Shown: piece after piece, positions 1 through 8,490 of the stretch | Layout: every line of letters begins with the position of its first letter | Position numbering within the stretch: the stretch's first letter is position 1 | Source of the DNA: a bacterium | GTDB lineage: Bacteria; Patescibacteriota; Minisyncoccia; Phycocordibacterales; UBA918 | Direction of reading: 5' to 3' | DNA: 64,000 nt | Assembly: GCA_002710785.1 (NCBI GenBank) | Contig: PAMC01000018.1 | Span: forward strand, 10,515 to 74,514 | Translations under genes and position numbers: made by a program | Notes under the pieces: model-generated | Told to the model about the DNA's origin: nothing | Database searches by the model: none | Seen by the model: only the letters and a program-made list of their open reading frames with translations

Positions 1-519
1 TACCCAACGCAACCAGTGGCGCGCGAGTACGATGAGTACACAGCCCGTGGCGGCAGCTCTCTTCTAACTGGCTCCGGTGGTGAGGATCGTCTAGAGAGGG
101 AAGCATTCTTTGCTAATCAAGGCGTATGCTCAGAAGATTTTTTGCAAGAATATTTTGGCCCTGAAGCCGCCACTGCTGCCTGTGTCGCTCGCGGTGAGAG
201 TGCCTGTGGAGCCCAATTCTACAGCACCACCGACCGAGACCAGAATAACGATTCGTTTTCATTAAGCTTCATGCAACTCAACGTTTCTGTACATGAGGTA
301 CAAAATTGCGCGCAATATGGCGCAGCCAGTGATTTTATCGATTGCCCGGCAGCGTATGAAGGTCGAAACTATGGTGGTCGAATTATTAACCGCTCACTCT
401 ATGCGCAGTGTGAAGAAGCTCTGGTAGACAGTAGATGCGCAGCCGAGAATGCTGCACGTTTACAGCAGCGTGATGGCTGGGGAATTTGGTCCGCGTATAG
501 CGCTAATAATTGCGGCTAA
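1..519 (+). CDS. Cys-rich secreted protein, C-terminal fragment. The frame is open from window position 1, so the 5' end lies outside the window.
   Basis: ORF in frame with position 1; 8 Cys in 167 aa; no recognisable domain. Confidence 0.4.
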   Translation, partial: YPTQPVAREYDEYTARGGSSLLTGSGGEDRLEREAFFANQGVCSEDFLQEYFGPEAATAACVARGESACGAQFYSTTDRDQNNDSFSLSFMQLNVSVHEVQNCAQYGAASDFIDCPAAYEGRNYGGRIINRSLYAQCEEALVDSRCAAENAARLQQRDGWGIWSAYSANNCG

Positions 520-535
520 ATGATATAGTTGAAGT

Positions 536-1042
536 ATGAACAAGATCGTCTTACTAGTAACACTTCTGCTCGCGCTAGGTATTGCAATTGGGTACACGGT
601 GTACACCAAACCACCCAGTACAGCACCTGGTGTGACAGATTTGCCTGATACTTCCCGCACTGCTCCTGGTGAAAGAAATGGCACCATCTCAGTTTCTACA
701 GACGCAGGCACGATAGAGATCAACGATGTTCGCTCCCAACCAGAAACGGTTCCAGCTGGCACGTTTATGTACGCCATGAATGGTTTGAACAAAGACGGTA
801 CGGCACCTTTCACTATGACCTTTGATGAGCGGGATATGAGTGTGGCCGTCGCACTATTGCGAGAGCCGCTTGGAGAAACTCGTCAGCAAGCCGAGCAGCA
901 TCTGCTCGGTCGTTTAGGTATAAGCGAAGACGAGCTCTGTTCGCTATTTGTGTATGTTGGCGTGCCAGCTGAGATTAACAGTTTTTACTCGAATGAGAAT
1001 CTTGGCCTGAGTTTTTGTCCAGGTGCAGTCCAGTTGCCGTAG
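536..1042 (+). CDS. Membrane-anchored or secreted hypothetical protein
   Basis: N-terminal hydrophobic signal/anchor (MNKIVLLVTLLLALGIAIGYTVY); 14 nt after the previous ORF. Confidence 0.45.
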   Translation: MNKIVLLVTLLLALGIAIGYTVYTKPPSTAPGVTDLPDTSRTAPGERNGTISVSTDAGTIEINDVRSQPETVPAGTFMYAMNGLNKDGTAPFTMTFDERDMSVAVALLREPLGETRQQAEQHLLGRLGISEDELCSLFVYVGVPAEINSFYSNENLGLSFCPGAVQLP

Positions 1043-1045
1043 TGT

Positions 1046-1993
1046 ATGAGTAATATTACAGCAATAATCAATTTTTTTATTTGCATCGCTTTACTGGTGC
1101 CAAACCTGGCCTTGGCGCAGCAGGGGAGCATTATGAGCGTATATGGCGAGGCACTCAGCAACCAAGCAGCACAGGTGAGCGACTACGACCGGGGCGCAGG
1201 CGGGCTGGTTACCTGTACTGGTTTCTCGGACTGCAATTTCTGCAGTTTTGGTGCCATGGTCAATAAAATCATTAATTGGCTGTTTGGTTTTCTAACGGTA
1301 GCCGCCGTGCTTATTTTGGCTTGGGCTGGCTTTCGGTTGGTGACGTCAGGTGGTGACACTACGGTAATGCAGTGGGCCAAAGAACGCATTGTGTACGTCA
1401 TTATCGGGTTTGTTCTCATGCTCGCGTCGTGGCTCATTGTCGACACCATTTTGCGTGGCTTAACCGGCAGTGAGCAGGGTATGAACTTCTGGGGCAGTTT
1501 TGATGTCGAGAATTGCGGGTTTATGCGAGAGCCTCAGTCGCGGACGTACGACGAGTACGAGGTAACCGTTACCCTGGAGGAAATGTTAAATGAACAAACT
1601 GCCGGCCCGATAAACAATCCAAATGGAACTAGTGTCACACCCGACATCGAAGGCATGGTCAGTCTAAACGAAATGGGGTTAGTGGTAGCAAATGGATTCG
1701 AGGGCATTAGCGGTCCGGGACGCACTGATTTAGCGCACCCTGAGGTAGCTGCAGCTGCACTGCGTATGCAAGAGCTCGCTGTACAAAGATATGGACAACC
1801 GGTCTTTCAAGTTACCGCAGCGTACACAGACGGTGTCGGGCACAGTGCCAACAGTAGACACTATCAGGGTATCGCAATTGATTTTGATCCAGTTAATGGC
1901 GCATCAACACAACAGGTCGCTAATTTAGCCCGAGAAGTCGGATTTACCTTCGTGCTCGATGAGGGGTCGCATGTGCATGGAGATATGCGATAA
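1046..1993 (+). CDS. Fusion protein: signal peptide plus two-TM VirB2/TrbC-pilin-like N-terminus, with a C-terminal peptidase M15 (LAS/VanY-like) domain
   Basis: Signal peptide, then two TM helices separated by a short loop (…LILAWAGFRLVTSGGD… / …VIIGFVLMLASWLIV…). C-terminal motifs SRHYQGIAIDF and HVHGD are typical of the zinc-binding H-x-D…H triad of M15 peptidases. Confidence 0.55.
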   Translation: MSNITAIINFFICIALLVPNLALAQQGSIMSVYGEALSNQAAQVSDYDRGAGGLVTCTGFSDCNFCSFGAMVNKIINWLFGFLTVAAVLILAWAGFRLVTSGGDTTVMQWAKERIVYVIIGFVLMLASWLIVDTILRGLTGSEQGMNFWGSFDVENCGFMREPQSRTYDEYEVTVTLEEMLNEQTAGPINNPNGTSVTPDIEGMVSLNEMGLVVANGFEGISGPGRTDLAHPEVAAAALRMQELAVQRYGQPVFQVTAAYTDGVGHSANSRHYQGIAIDFDPVNGASTQQVANLAREVGFTFVLDEGSHVHGDMR

Positions 1994-2169
1994 AAGAAAA
2001 TACCTAATAAACGTTGGATATTTTCTATTGCTGTTACAAATCACTAACTATCATTGTTCGCTACACTTCAATTCTAGTAAGTGCTCGCGACCCCGACTCA
2101 ACTGTTGCTGAAGCAACATGTTTCCGTCTCCCGCTCAAGCACGAAAGCAAAGTAGTTTGCTTTCTAAAG

Positions 2170-2210
2170 AAATGAGCCGATGCTAAAGCATCGGCTCATT
2201 TCTTTACTCG
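2170..2210 (+). terminator. Intrinsic-terminator-like hairpin after the 1046..1993 gene
   Basis: Perfect 15-bp stem AAATGAGCCGATGCT-aa-AGCATCGGCTCATTT followed by a T-rich tract (tctttac). A second smaller hairpin lies at 2144-2165. Confidence 0.5.
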
Positions 2211-2323
2211 AGCGGGCAAAAAACGTGGCTTTCAGAACTGTATAAGGAGAGGGAGTATATCAAGTCGAGTATTCAAACGCTTCAAGAGCTGCTCGCCTGA
2301 GTCATTTTTGATACAATTCACTG

Positions 2324-2956
2324 ATGATTATCATCACTTCATCAGTCGCTACCGTTGCCGACCACATCTACCAGAATTACCTATCAGACAAGGGATACAA
2401 AACCGTATTGTTTATTGATACTGCAGCTGAACCAGAGGTTGGTAAAGAAAAGGGCGATGACTGGTGGCTACAGGCTGACCTAAAAGGTTTGCAAAACCAA
2501 GGCTACCAAGTAGACCGCTGGAGTATCACTGGCAAGACCAAAGAAGAAATTGAAGCCAAGCTAGAGGAGTACGACATCATCTACATGTGTGGTGGTAATA
2601 CTATTTACCTCCTGCAACAACTTCAGCAGGCTGGCAGCTTTGAATTGATTAAATCAAAGGTGCTGGCCGGAAAGCCGTACATTGGCACTAGTGCTGGTTC
2701 TATTGTGGCCTGTACTAAAATCCCTGCCTACCTTGAAGATGCAGAGGGTATTGAACTAGATGATTACACTGGCTTTGAGTTCTGTGACCTTATTTTTGTA
2801 CCACACTGGGGTCAAGACGGGTTTAAGGACGCATACCTCAATGGTCGTATTCAGACTGCTTATGATGAAAATGAGCCACCGTTCCTGCTGATGAGTGACT
2901 ACCACTACGCTCTAGTTGAAGATGGAGCGGTGACGGTAATAAATACCAAGAAGTAA
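2324..2956 (+). CDS. Peptidase S51 family (dipeptidase E/PepE-like)
   Basis: GGNTIYLL and GTSAGS motifs match the S51 GGNTF…SAG signature. Confidence 0.7.
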   Translation: MIIITSSVATVADHIYQNYLSDKGYKTVLFIDTAAEPEVGKEKGDDWWLQADLKGLQNQGYQVDRWSITGKTKEEIEAKLEEYDIIYMCGGNTIYLLQQLQQAGSFELIKSKVLAGKPYIGTSAGSIVACTKIPAYLEDAEGIELDDYTGFEFCDLIFVPHWGQDGFKDAYLNGRIQTAYDENEPPFLLMSDYHYALVEDGAVTVINTKK

Positions 2957-2958
2957 TT

Positions 2959-3741
2959 ATGGAGAAATTCACACTGCAAAACCGCAAAGGGCAGAATATT
3001 GTCGGCATTCTCGCTAAGCCAGTAGGAGATATTAAAGGCACCTGCGTTTTGCAGCACGGGTGGTCAGGAAAGAAAGAACAAGACCATGTTGTTGCTATCC
3101 AGGAAGCCTTCACCGATAACGGCTGGCAAGTATTTAATTTCGACGCCACCAACTCCTTTAATGAAAGTGATGGGGAGTTTGCAGACTCAAGGCTCGGACT
3201 CCACTACGAAGATATGGAAGATGTGTGTCAGTGGGTACAGCAACAAGATTGGTCCGTTGGTCCATTAGCAGTCTCTGGTCACTCAATGGGTGGCTATGCT
3301 ACCGCTAGATATGCAGAGGACCACCCAGAAGATGTGGCACTCATTGCATCAATCGCACCGGTGGTATCTGGGAAGTTAACGACAGAATCGAAAGAACGGC
3401 GGGAACCGGGAATCATAGCCAAATGGAAAGAAGAGGGTGTACTGGTAAGTGAAAGCTCTACCACACCAGGACTCATCAAGCGAGCACCCTACTCTATCCA
3501 CCAAGAGTGGCTAAATCATGACCTACTACCAAATGCAGACAAGCTCACCATGCCCGTATTTCTGCTGACCGGGACCGATGATGGTTCTTGTCCACCAGAC
3601 CATGTGCAGCAGCTATTTGACGTTATCCCACACGACAATAAGGTATATGAAATTATCGAGGGGGCACCACACACGTACCGCACAGAGGAGGATTTGAAGG
3701 AGGTAAGGGAGCGTTTGAGTAAGTGGCTTAGCGTACAATAG
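2959..3741 (+). CDS. Alpha/beta-fold serine hydrolase
   Basis: GHSMGG nucleophile-elbow motif; 2-nt gap from the upstream gene, so probably operonic. Confidence 0.65.
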   Translation: MEKFTLQNRKGQNIVGILAKPVGDIKGTCVLQHGWSGKKEQDHVVAIQEAFTDNGWQVFNFDATNSFNESDGEFADSRLGLHYEDMEDVCQWVQQQDWSVGPLAVSGHSMGGYATARYAEDHPEDVALIASIAPVVSGKLTTESKERREPGIIAKWKEEGVLVSESSTTPGLIKRAPYSIHQEWLNHDLLPNADKLTMPVFLLTGTDDGSCPPDHVQQLFDVIPHDNKVYEIIEGAPHTYRTEEDLKEVRERLSKWLSVQ

Positions 3742-3745
3742 GAGT

Positions 3746-4219
3746 ATGGATAAACAAGAGGTCACATTCGCTCGCAACTTAGTCAAAGGCAAGATAGCAG
3801 AAACGGTATTTGCCCAGATGCTTCGCTCTACTGGTGAATTTACTGTCTTAGAGTTTGGCTATGAGAAAATCATCCCGGAGTTAGTGAGTCGTGGCAGTCA
3901 CCAGAATGACGACATGGTGGAAGCGCTACGGACCGCCCCTGACTTTGCGGTGATTAATAACAAAACCAAAGAAGTGCATCTAATTGAAGTGAAGTATCGG
4001 CGAGAATTTACTGCTAGTGATGTGCTTCGTATAGCAGAGAGGATGAGTGAGAGCTGGAATCCGTCATACTTATTCTTAGCTACTGAGGATGGCTTCTACT
4101 TTGGGGAGGTGAAGGAAATTATTGCCAACCAGGGTGACATACAGCGACTGGACCATCCACAAATACCCGTAGAAACGCAACAAGAATTTTTACAGATACT
4201 TAACGACTTTGAAGGATAG
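3746..4219 (+). CDS. Hjc-like PD-(D/E)xK nuclease-fold protein
   Basis: Motifs E…PDFAVIN…LIEVKY give E / PD / ExK spacing like archaeal Hjc resolvases and restriction-endonuclease-like folds; 157 aa. Confidence 0.5.
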   Translation: MDKQEVTFARNLVKGKIAETVFAQMLRSTGEFTVLEFGYEKIIPELVSRGSHQNDDMVEALRTAPDFAVINNKTKEVHLIEVKYRREFTASDVLRIAERMSESWNPSYLFLATEDGFYFGEVKEIIANQGDIQRLDHPQIPVETQQEFLQILNDFEG

Positions 4220-4360
4220 GTCGGTCCTGATTTCCACGGATTACTGTTGACTTTGGGTTAGATTTGACTATATTAGGAGGTAACAAGGTCGGCCCCGCTG
4301 CATTCGTGCATGGGCCGGCTTTCTGTTTATATACTGTATTTTTGCTACAATGCGGTGCAA

Positions 4361-5323
4361 ATGGAATCCTACACCAAACCGTTTCTAACAATTGACCAGC
4401 AATTAGATTTGATTGCTTCACGAGGAATGGATATTGGTGACCGTGCGTACGCTGCGGATTGCCTCAAGAACATCGGGTACTATCGCCTCAGCGGCTACTG
4501 GTACCCACTACGAGAATCATCGGTAGTTGAAGACGATGAGGGTAAAAAGACACGGGTGGTCGGAGATTCCTACCGTGACGGCTCCACTTTTAAGCAAGTC
4601 ATAGATATCTACACATACGATAAACACCTCCGGCTCCTGATGCTGGATGTGCTGGAACGAATTGAGATTGCACTGCGTACTGATATTACTCTGCAGATGG
4701 GTCAGTACAGTCCTTGGGCATACAGGGATGGTGACGTTTTGGACCAACGGTTTGTAACTGATGTTACTCCTGGTTTTACTGAATCACGTTTTGCCACATT
4801 CGTGAATCGTTTTGATGATATGGTTGCTCGGTCAAAAAGTGACTTTGTAGACCACTTCAAGAAGAAGTATGAAGACCCGCTACCAATCTGGGCAGCGGTA
4901 GAGTTATGGGATTTTGGAATGTTGTCTGTGTTTCTCTCTGGTATGAAATATCGAGATAAGCGAGCTATTGCAGAGAGGTATGGGGTAAAGCCGGAAATAC
5001 TACCATCTTGGGTTCGTACATTGGCTGACGTACGAAATATCTGTGCGCATCACGGAAGGCTCTGGAACCGCACATTGGTATCCATGCCAAAAACGGCTGG
5101 TATAGAGGTGGATGACTTGAAGCATCTAGACGAAGGGTTTGCTCGGGAGAAGATATACAGTGCGGTAGCCATAGCCCGACACATGCAACGTATCCTCAAC
5201 CCATCTTCTACTTGGGCCGATAGCATCATTAGTCTCAATGAGTCGTTTCCAGCAGCACCCGGTATTGCTTTTAAGCAGATGGGCTACCCAGAGAATTGGC
5301 TAGAGCTGGGTCTGTGGAAGTAG
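4361..5323 (+). CDS. Abortive infection protein, Abi_2 family (AbiD/AbiF-like)
   Basis: N-terminus KPFLTIDQQLDLIASRGMDI…NIGYYRLSGYWYP matches the Abi_2 family signature; start chosen at the internal ATG (MESYTKPF). Confidence 0.7.
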   Translation: MESYTKPFLTIDQQLDLIASRGMDIGDRAYAADCLKNIGYYRLSGYWYPLRESSVVEDDEGKKTRVVGDSYRDGSTFKQVIDIYTYDKHLRLLMLDVLERIEIALRTDITLQMGQYSPWAYRDGDVLDQRFVTDVTPGFTESRFATFVNRFDDMVARSKSDFVDHFKKKYEDPLPIWAAVELWDFGMLSVFLSGMKYRDKRAIAERYGVKPEILPSWVRTLADVRNICAHHGRLWNRTLVSMPKTAGIEVDDLKHLDEGFAREKIYSAVAIARHMQRILNPSSTWADSIISLNESFPAAPGIAFKQMGYPENWLELGLWK

Positions 5324-5390
5324 GTCAGGATTATCTTTGCTTAAACACACCAAGACTACCCAACCAAAATTTCATGGGGTGAGTATAGCA

Positions 5391-5425
5391 AAAAGAAAAG
5401 CCCGCCCCGGTGTGTTGGGGCGAGC
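5391..5425 (-). terminator. Intrinsic terminator for the minus-strand 4-gene operon
   Basis: Stem GCCCGCCCC / GGGGCGAGC with an 8-nt loop. On the minus strand it is followed by a U-tract (the plus strand reads aaaagaaaa). Confidence 0.45.
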
Positions 5426-5448
5426 CAGTAATTCGGTTGTAGGACCGA

Positions 5449-5709
5449 CTAGTTCTGCCGTCGTTCTTCAAGGAGTACGATAGCCGCCGGTTGACCATGG
5501 ACAGCCGGGTCGTAACGCTCAACCAGGGTTAGCTCATCGAAACGAGCCCTCATACCAATCCCGTCGACAAACCCGAACGCATTGGATGCCTTTTCGGGTA
5601 GGTCGGGCGGTTGGTTGAACAGGGTCAATGTCTCCTTAACGTAGAAGCGACCCCGCCTGGCGACAAAGTAGTCACCCTCTGCGAGACTGCCGAATGTGAC
5701 GAAGGGCAT
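5449..5709 (-). CDS. Hypothetical protein (86 aa), last gene of the GC-rich operon
   Basis: ORF 9 nt downstream of the previous gene. The N-terminus MPFVTFGSL weakly recalls the AIG2/GGCT FVYGSL motif; this is unverified. Confidence 0.45.
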   Translation of the reverse strand: MPFVTFGSLAEGDYFVARRGRFYVKETLTLFNQPPDLPEKASNAFGFVDGIGMRARFDELTLVERYDPAVHGQPAAIVLLEERRQN

Positions 5710-5718
5710 TTCGACCCC

Positions 5719-6069
5719 CTACGTCAGAACCAGTTGAGCCGATGAGGGTTTCTCGACCGGCATGAATCCGTTTGTTTCCGTGATAAGCCGAGAGATACGA
5801 CCACCCAGTACCACCATCCGAAAGATAGGTATCCTGACTTTCACGACATACTCCGGCACCCCAGCATCGAACACCGTGGTGGAGTTGATGATGGGCATCC
5901 GAAGCGTTCGCCCGGCATGAGCGAGGGTCACCGAGCGGGTACTCATCATGGCCGTGAAGTCAGCCAGCTCCATGTACTTGGACAGAGACCCGACCTCCTT
6001 GCCGATATACGGCAATACGATGGACGGGATGTACCAGTTGAGAGTCACTTTAACTTGTTTGGGTTGCAT
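5719..6069 (-). CDS. Hypothetical protein (116 aa)
   Basis: ORF 5 nt downstream of the previous gene; no recognisable domain. Confidence 0.5.
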   Translation of the reverse strand: MQPKQVKVTLNWYIPSIVLPYIGKEVGSLSKYMELADFTAMMSTRSVTLAHAGRTLRMPIINSTTVFDAGVPEYVVKVRIPIFRMVVLGGRISRLITETNGFMPVEKPSSAQLVLT

Positions 6070-6074
6070 GTCGT

Positions 6075-6383
6075 TTACTTTCTGATGATTTCAAACTCGC
6101 CGAGGATGACCAGTTTGGGTTCAGCATGAAGCGAAGCCGTTCCGTTTACTGACGGAACAATCCGCTTGATGTCGTGTCCGTGGAATTTCGGGCAACTCAC
6201 CCGAAAGCTGACACCCTCCTCCGGCCCGTAGCCGATGGAGGTGATGGTTCCGCAGATGATGTGGTCTGCCGAGTCACTGAAAATCAGCGTTTGACCCAGC
6301 ACGGCACCGATGAGGTCACCCAAGCCGAGTTTGTTGAGTTCAACCCGGAGTAGTTCAGCTCCAGCCATATTCTTCTCCTTCAT
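6075..6383 (-). CDS. Hypothetical protein (102 aa) with a C-x3-HGH motif
   Basis: The start overlaps the methyltransferase stop by 4 nt (ATGA). CPKFHGHD could be a metal-binding motif; family not recognised. Confidence 0.5.
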   Translation of the reverse strand: MKEKNMAGAELLRVELNKLGLGDLIGAVLGQTLIFSDSADHIICGTITSIGYGPEEGVSFRVSCPKFHGHDIKRIVPSVNGTASLHAEPKLVILGEFEIIRK

Positions 6384-7003
6384 TTCTGGACCAGGACAGA
6401 CATTGCGCCGTCAGCCCAATGATGTGTGGTTGCAAGGACTGTGAAGCCAGATTGCTCCAGCATCGCAGCGAGTTCATCAAGGTCGTAGTGAGCGTGATGC
6501 AGATGGGGTGTGCCATCAGGGTGTTTTTCAAGCTCCTCATGGCTTTCATAAACAGCTGGCATAACCACCATCATGACTCCACCGGTAACCAGTATACGCT
6601 TCAGTCCAGCAAGGACTGTCGGCATATTGTGCTTGGGTTCACCACTGAACGTGCAGCAGCACCACAATCCATCAAACGATGCCTCTGGAAACTCGAGCTT
6701 CCGATAGGACATGAGCTCGAACTGCTGGTCTGGATAGGCGTCTTGAGCCAACCTCACCATCTCGGGCGAGTGGTCGATACCGATGTATTGCAAGCCCTGG
6801 TCGAGAAAGCGGTAGACATAGCGAGCCCAACCACATCCGACATCGAGCATTCGGTCTCCCGGAAGGGCGTCGAAGAAGGCTTGTAGGTCGGCATCTGGTT
6901 CTTCACCCTTCCACTGTGTCCAAGTTGGACTCTTGGCAAAGTCATCGGCATATGCAACGCCGAGACGTTCCGCCAGGTCTGGGTCAACGTTTGTATCGTT
7001 CAA
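6380..7003 (-). CDS. Class I SAM-dependent methyltransferase
   Basis: Motif I MLDVGCGWARY. Start reassigned to TTG at 7003 (MNDTNVDPDLAERLG…), preceded by AAGGGAGAG, which resembles a ribosome-binding site. The longer annotated N-terminus looks like non-coding read-through. Confidence 0.6.
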   Translation of the reverse strand: MNDTNVDPDLAERLGVAYADDFAKSPTWTQWKGEEPDADLQAFFDALPGDRMLDVGCGWARYVYRFLDQGLQYIGIDHSPEMVRLAQDAYPDQQFELMSYRKLEFPEASFDGLWCCCTFSGEPKHNMPTVLAGLKRILVTGGVMMVVMPAVYESHEELEKHPDGTPHLHHAHYDLDELAAMLEQSGFTVLATTHHWADGAMSVLVQK

Positions 7004-7123
7004 GTTTCTCTCCCTTGTAAAGGTGCAATTGTGTACTTGTGTTCGAGTCGAACAATGCCACAAATCCTTTTGTTTTTCAATAAAAATCTCCCTCACGCTG
7101 AACGATTGTTGTCTCCCAGAACA

Positions 7124-7129
7124 TTGACA
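7124..7129 (+). promoter_or_regulatory. TTGACA -35-like hexamer upstream of 7178..7732
   Basis: Exact TTGACA about 48 nt before the start codon; no convincing -10 at canonical spacing. Confidence 0.2.
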
Positions 7130-7177
7130 GAACAAAGTTTTATTATACAGTATTTATAGCAAAAAGGAGCTCCTATC

Positions 7178-7732
7178 ATGATTAAGTTCTTCAATCCCAG
7201 CGACCTCGGACACAAGGCGGTCTACGCCGTCTATTTGCTGGCCTGCGCTCTGTTTCCGGCATACCCGATGCAGCGGTATCTCAAAGAGAAAACTGGTCGC
7301 GGTTTCCTCGGACCGGCAGAATGGTCCATACTGGCGTTGTCCAGTATCGGGACAGTCTCAATCTATGGGACGCTGTTCTACTACTTGGGTTGGCCTTCAA
7401 TTTCGGTCATCCTTCCGTTCCAGGTCTTTGTGGCAGCATACGCATCAGTCAGTGCTTGCTGGATTACCGGACTCTACGTCTTCATCGTACTGAGTTCGAA
7501 TTGGCTGCCGTGGTTCAGCTTCAGAAAAATCGCTGTCGCAGAAAGGTTCACAGGTGGCAAGACCGAATACATCCTCGCTCGTGGCCTGTACTGGCGGCGT
7601 AGCCCTCCCGGCAAGTACTACACAGAGCGGCAGCCGTGGGGAGGTATCCCCAAAGGCTGGCGGGTAGCAGAGCCATCAACAGCCGAAGGAGAAAGGATAA
7701 GTGCTGCATTAAAAGCTGCACTGAAGGCCTAA
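7178..7732 (+). CDS. Integral membrane hypothetical protein
   Basis: Multiple hydrophobic helices; an intrinsic terminator follows immediately. Confidence 0.5.
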   Translation: MIKFFNPSDLGHKAVYAVYLLACALFPAYPMQRYLKEKTGRGFLGPAEWSILALSSIGTVSIYGTLFYYLGWPSISVILPFQVFVAAYASVSACWITGLYVFIVLSSNWLPWFSFRKIAVAERFTGGKTEYILARGLYWRRSPPGKYYTERQPWGGIPKGWRVAEPSTAEGERISAALKAALKA

Positions 7733-7758
7733 TACTCTCAGGCACCCTCACGTTATTG

Positions 7759-7787
7759 GCTGGTCCTCCATAGGGCCAGCTTTTTTC
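7759..7787 (+). terminator. Intrinsic terminator
   Basis: GCTGGTCC-tccata-GGGCCAGC followed by TTTTTT. Confidence 0.55.
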
Positions 7788-7790
7788 TAT

Positions 7791-7821
7791 ACAAACGCCC
7801 CAGTTACCGGAAACTGGGGCG
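7791..7821 (-). terminator. Hairpin downstream of the minus-strand M23-like gene
   Basis: 10-bp stem CGCCCCAGTT / AACTGGGGCG; only a weak U-tract on the minus strand. Confidence 0.4.
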
Positions 7822-7842
7822 GACGCGTATTGTTGTATCGGG

Positions 7843-8451
7843 TTAGACCCACAGAGGAACAAGGCTCTTGAAGCCAAAAGGGCTAGGGTTGCGGTCAAGT
7901 CGAAACACGATGAAGTGAAGGTGGTCACGGTCAGTCAGTCCGGTTTTCCCGACAACACCGATGACCTGCCCTGCTCGCACTGCAGCTCCCTGATGTACTC
8001 CAGCATCACGGACCGAATTCTTCGCCAAATGGCAGTATTGAGTGAATTCAGTCGGGGTATGTTGGATGGTGATGTAGTTCAGCTTATCTCGGAAACTGAT
8101 ATCATCACCCCACTCGTCAGAGTGCTCTTGCACCTCAACCACCATTCCGCCTGAAGCGGCCAGGACTGGAGTTCCATCAAGGACCAAGAAATCAATGGCA
8201 TTCTTGAAAGCAGCTCGGTGTGTCAGTGGACTTTTGGCACACAGGTAATGCGCCGTGTGATACAGCTCATCAGCTGGTATGCCGTCCTTCAATGCTTCTG
8301 CGTGACGCACAGCCTCGTCAGGTGTCACATTGAGCGGAAGACGGTATGTCTCTTTGCTCACTTCATCATCCCACATCGGGTCGTCAGCCCAACGGTCAAT
8401 ATCGTCCATTTCGATACTCCTAAATTGTCCACGTTCGGTTTTCATTTCCAA
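7843..8451 (-). CDS. Peptidase M23 (LytM)-like protein, no signal peptide
   Basis: YITIQH…YCHL…GQVIGVVGKTGLTDRDHLHF fits the M23 HxxxD / HxH motifs. Confidence 0.6.
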   Translation of the reverse strand: MEMKTERGQFRSIEMDDIDRWADDPMWDDEVSKETYRLPLNVTPDEAVRHAEALKDGIPADELYHTAHYLCAKSPLTHRAAFKNAIDFLVLDGTPVLAASGGMVVEVQEHSDEWGDDISFRDKLNYITIQHTPTEFTQYCHLAKNSVRDAGVHQGAAVRAGQVIGVVGKTGLTDRDHLHFIVFRLDRNPSPFGFKSLVPLWV

Positions 8452-8490
8452 GTACGAAAACTAACACAAATACTATAAAGTTACTATTTA

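Noticed and set aside
1081-1449. Internal overlapping ORFs 1081..1266 (+) and 1183..1449 (-)
   Set aside because: They are embedded in the better-supported 1046..1993 gene, in alternative frames, with no motifs.
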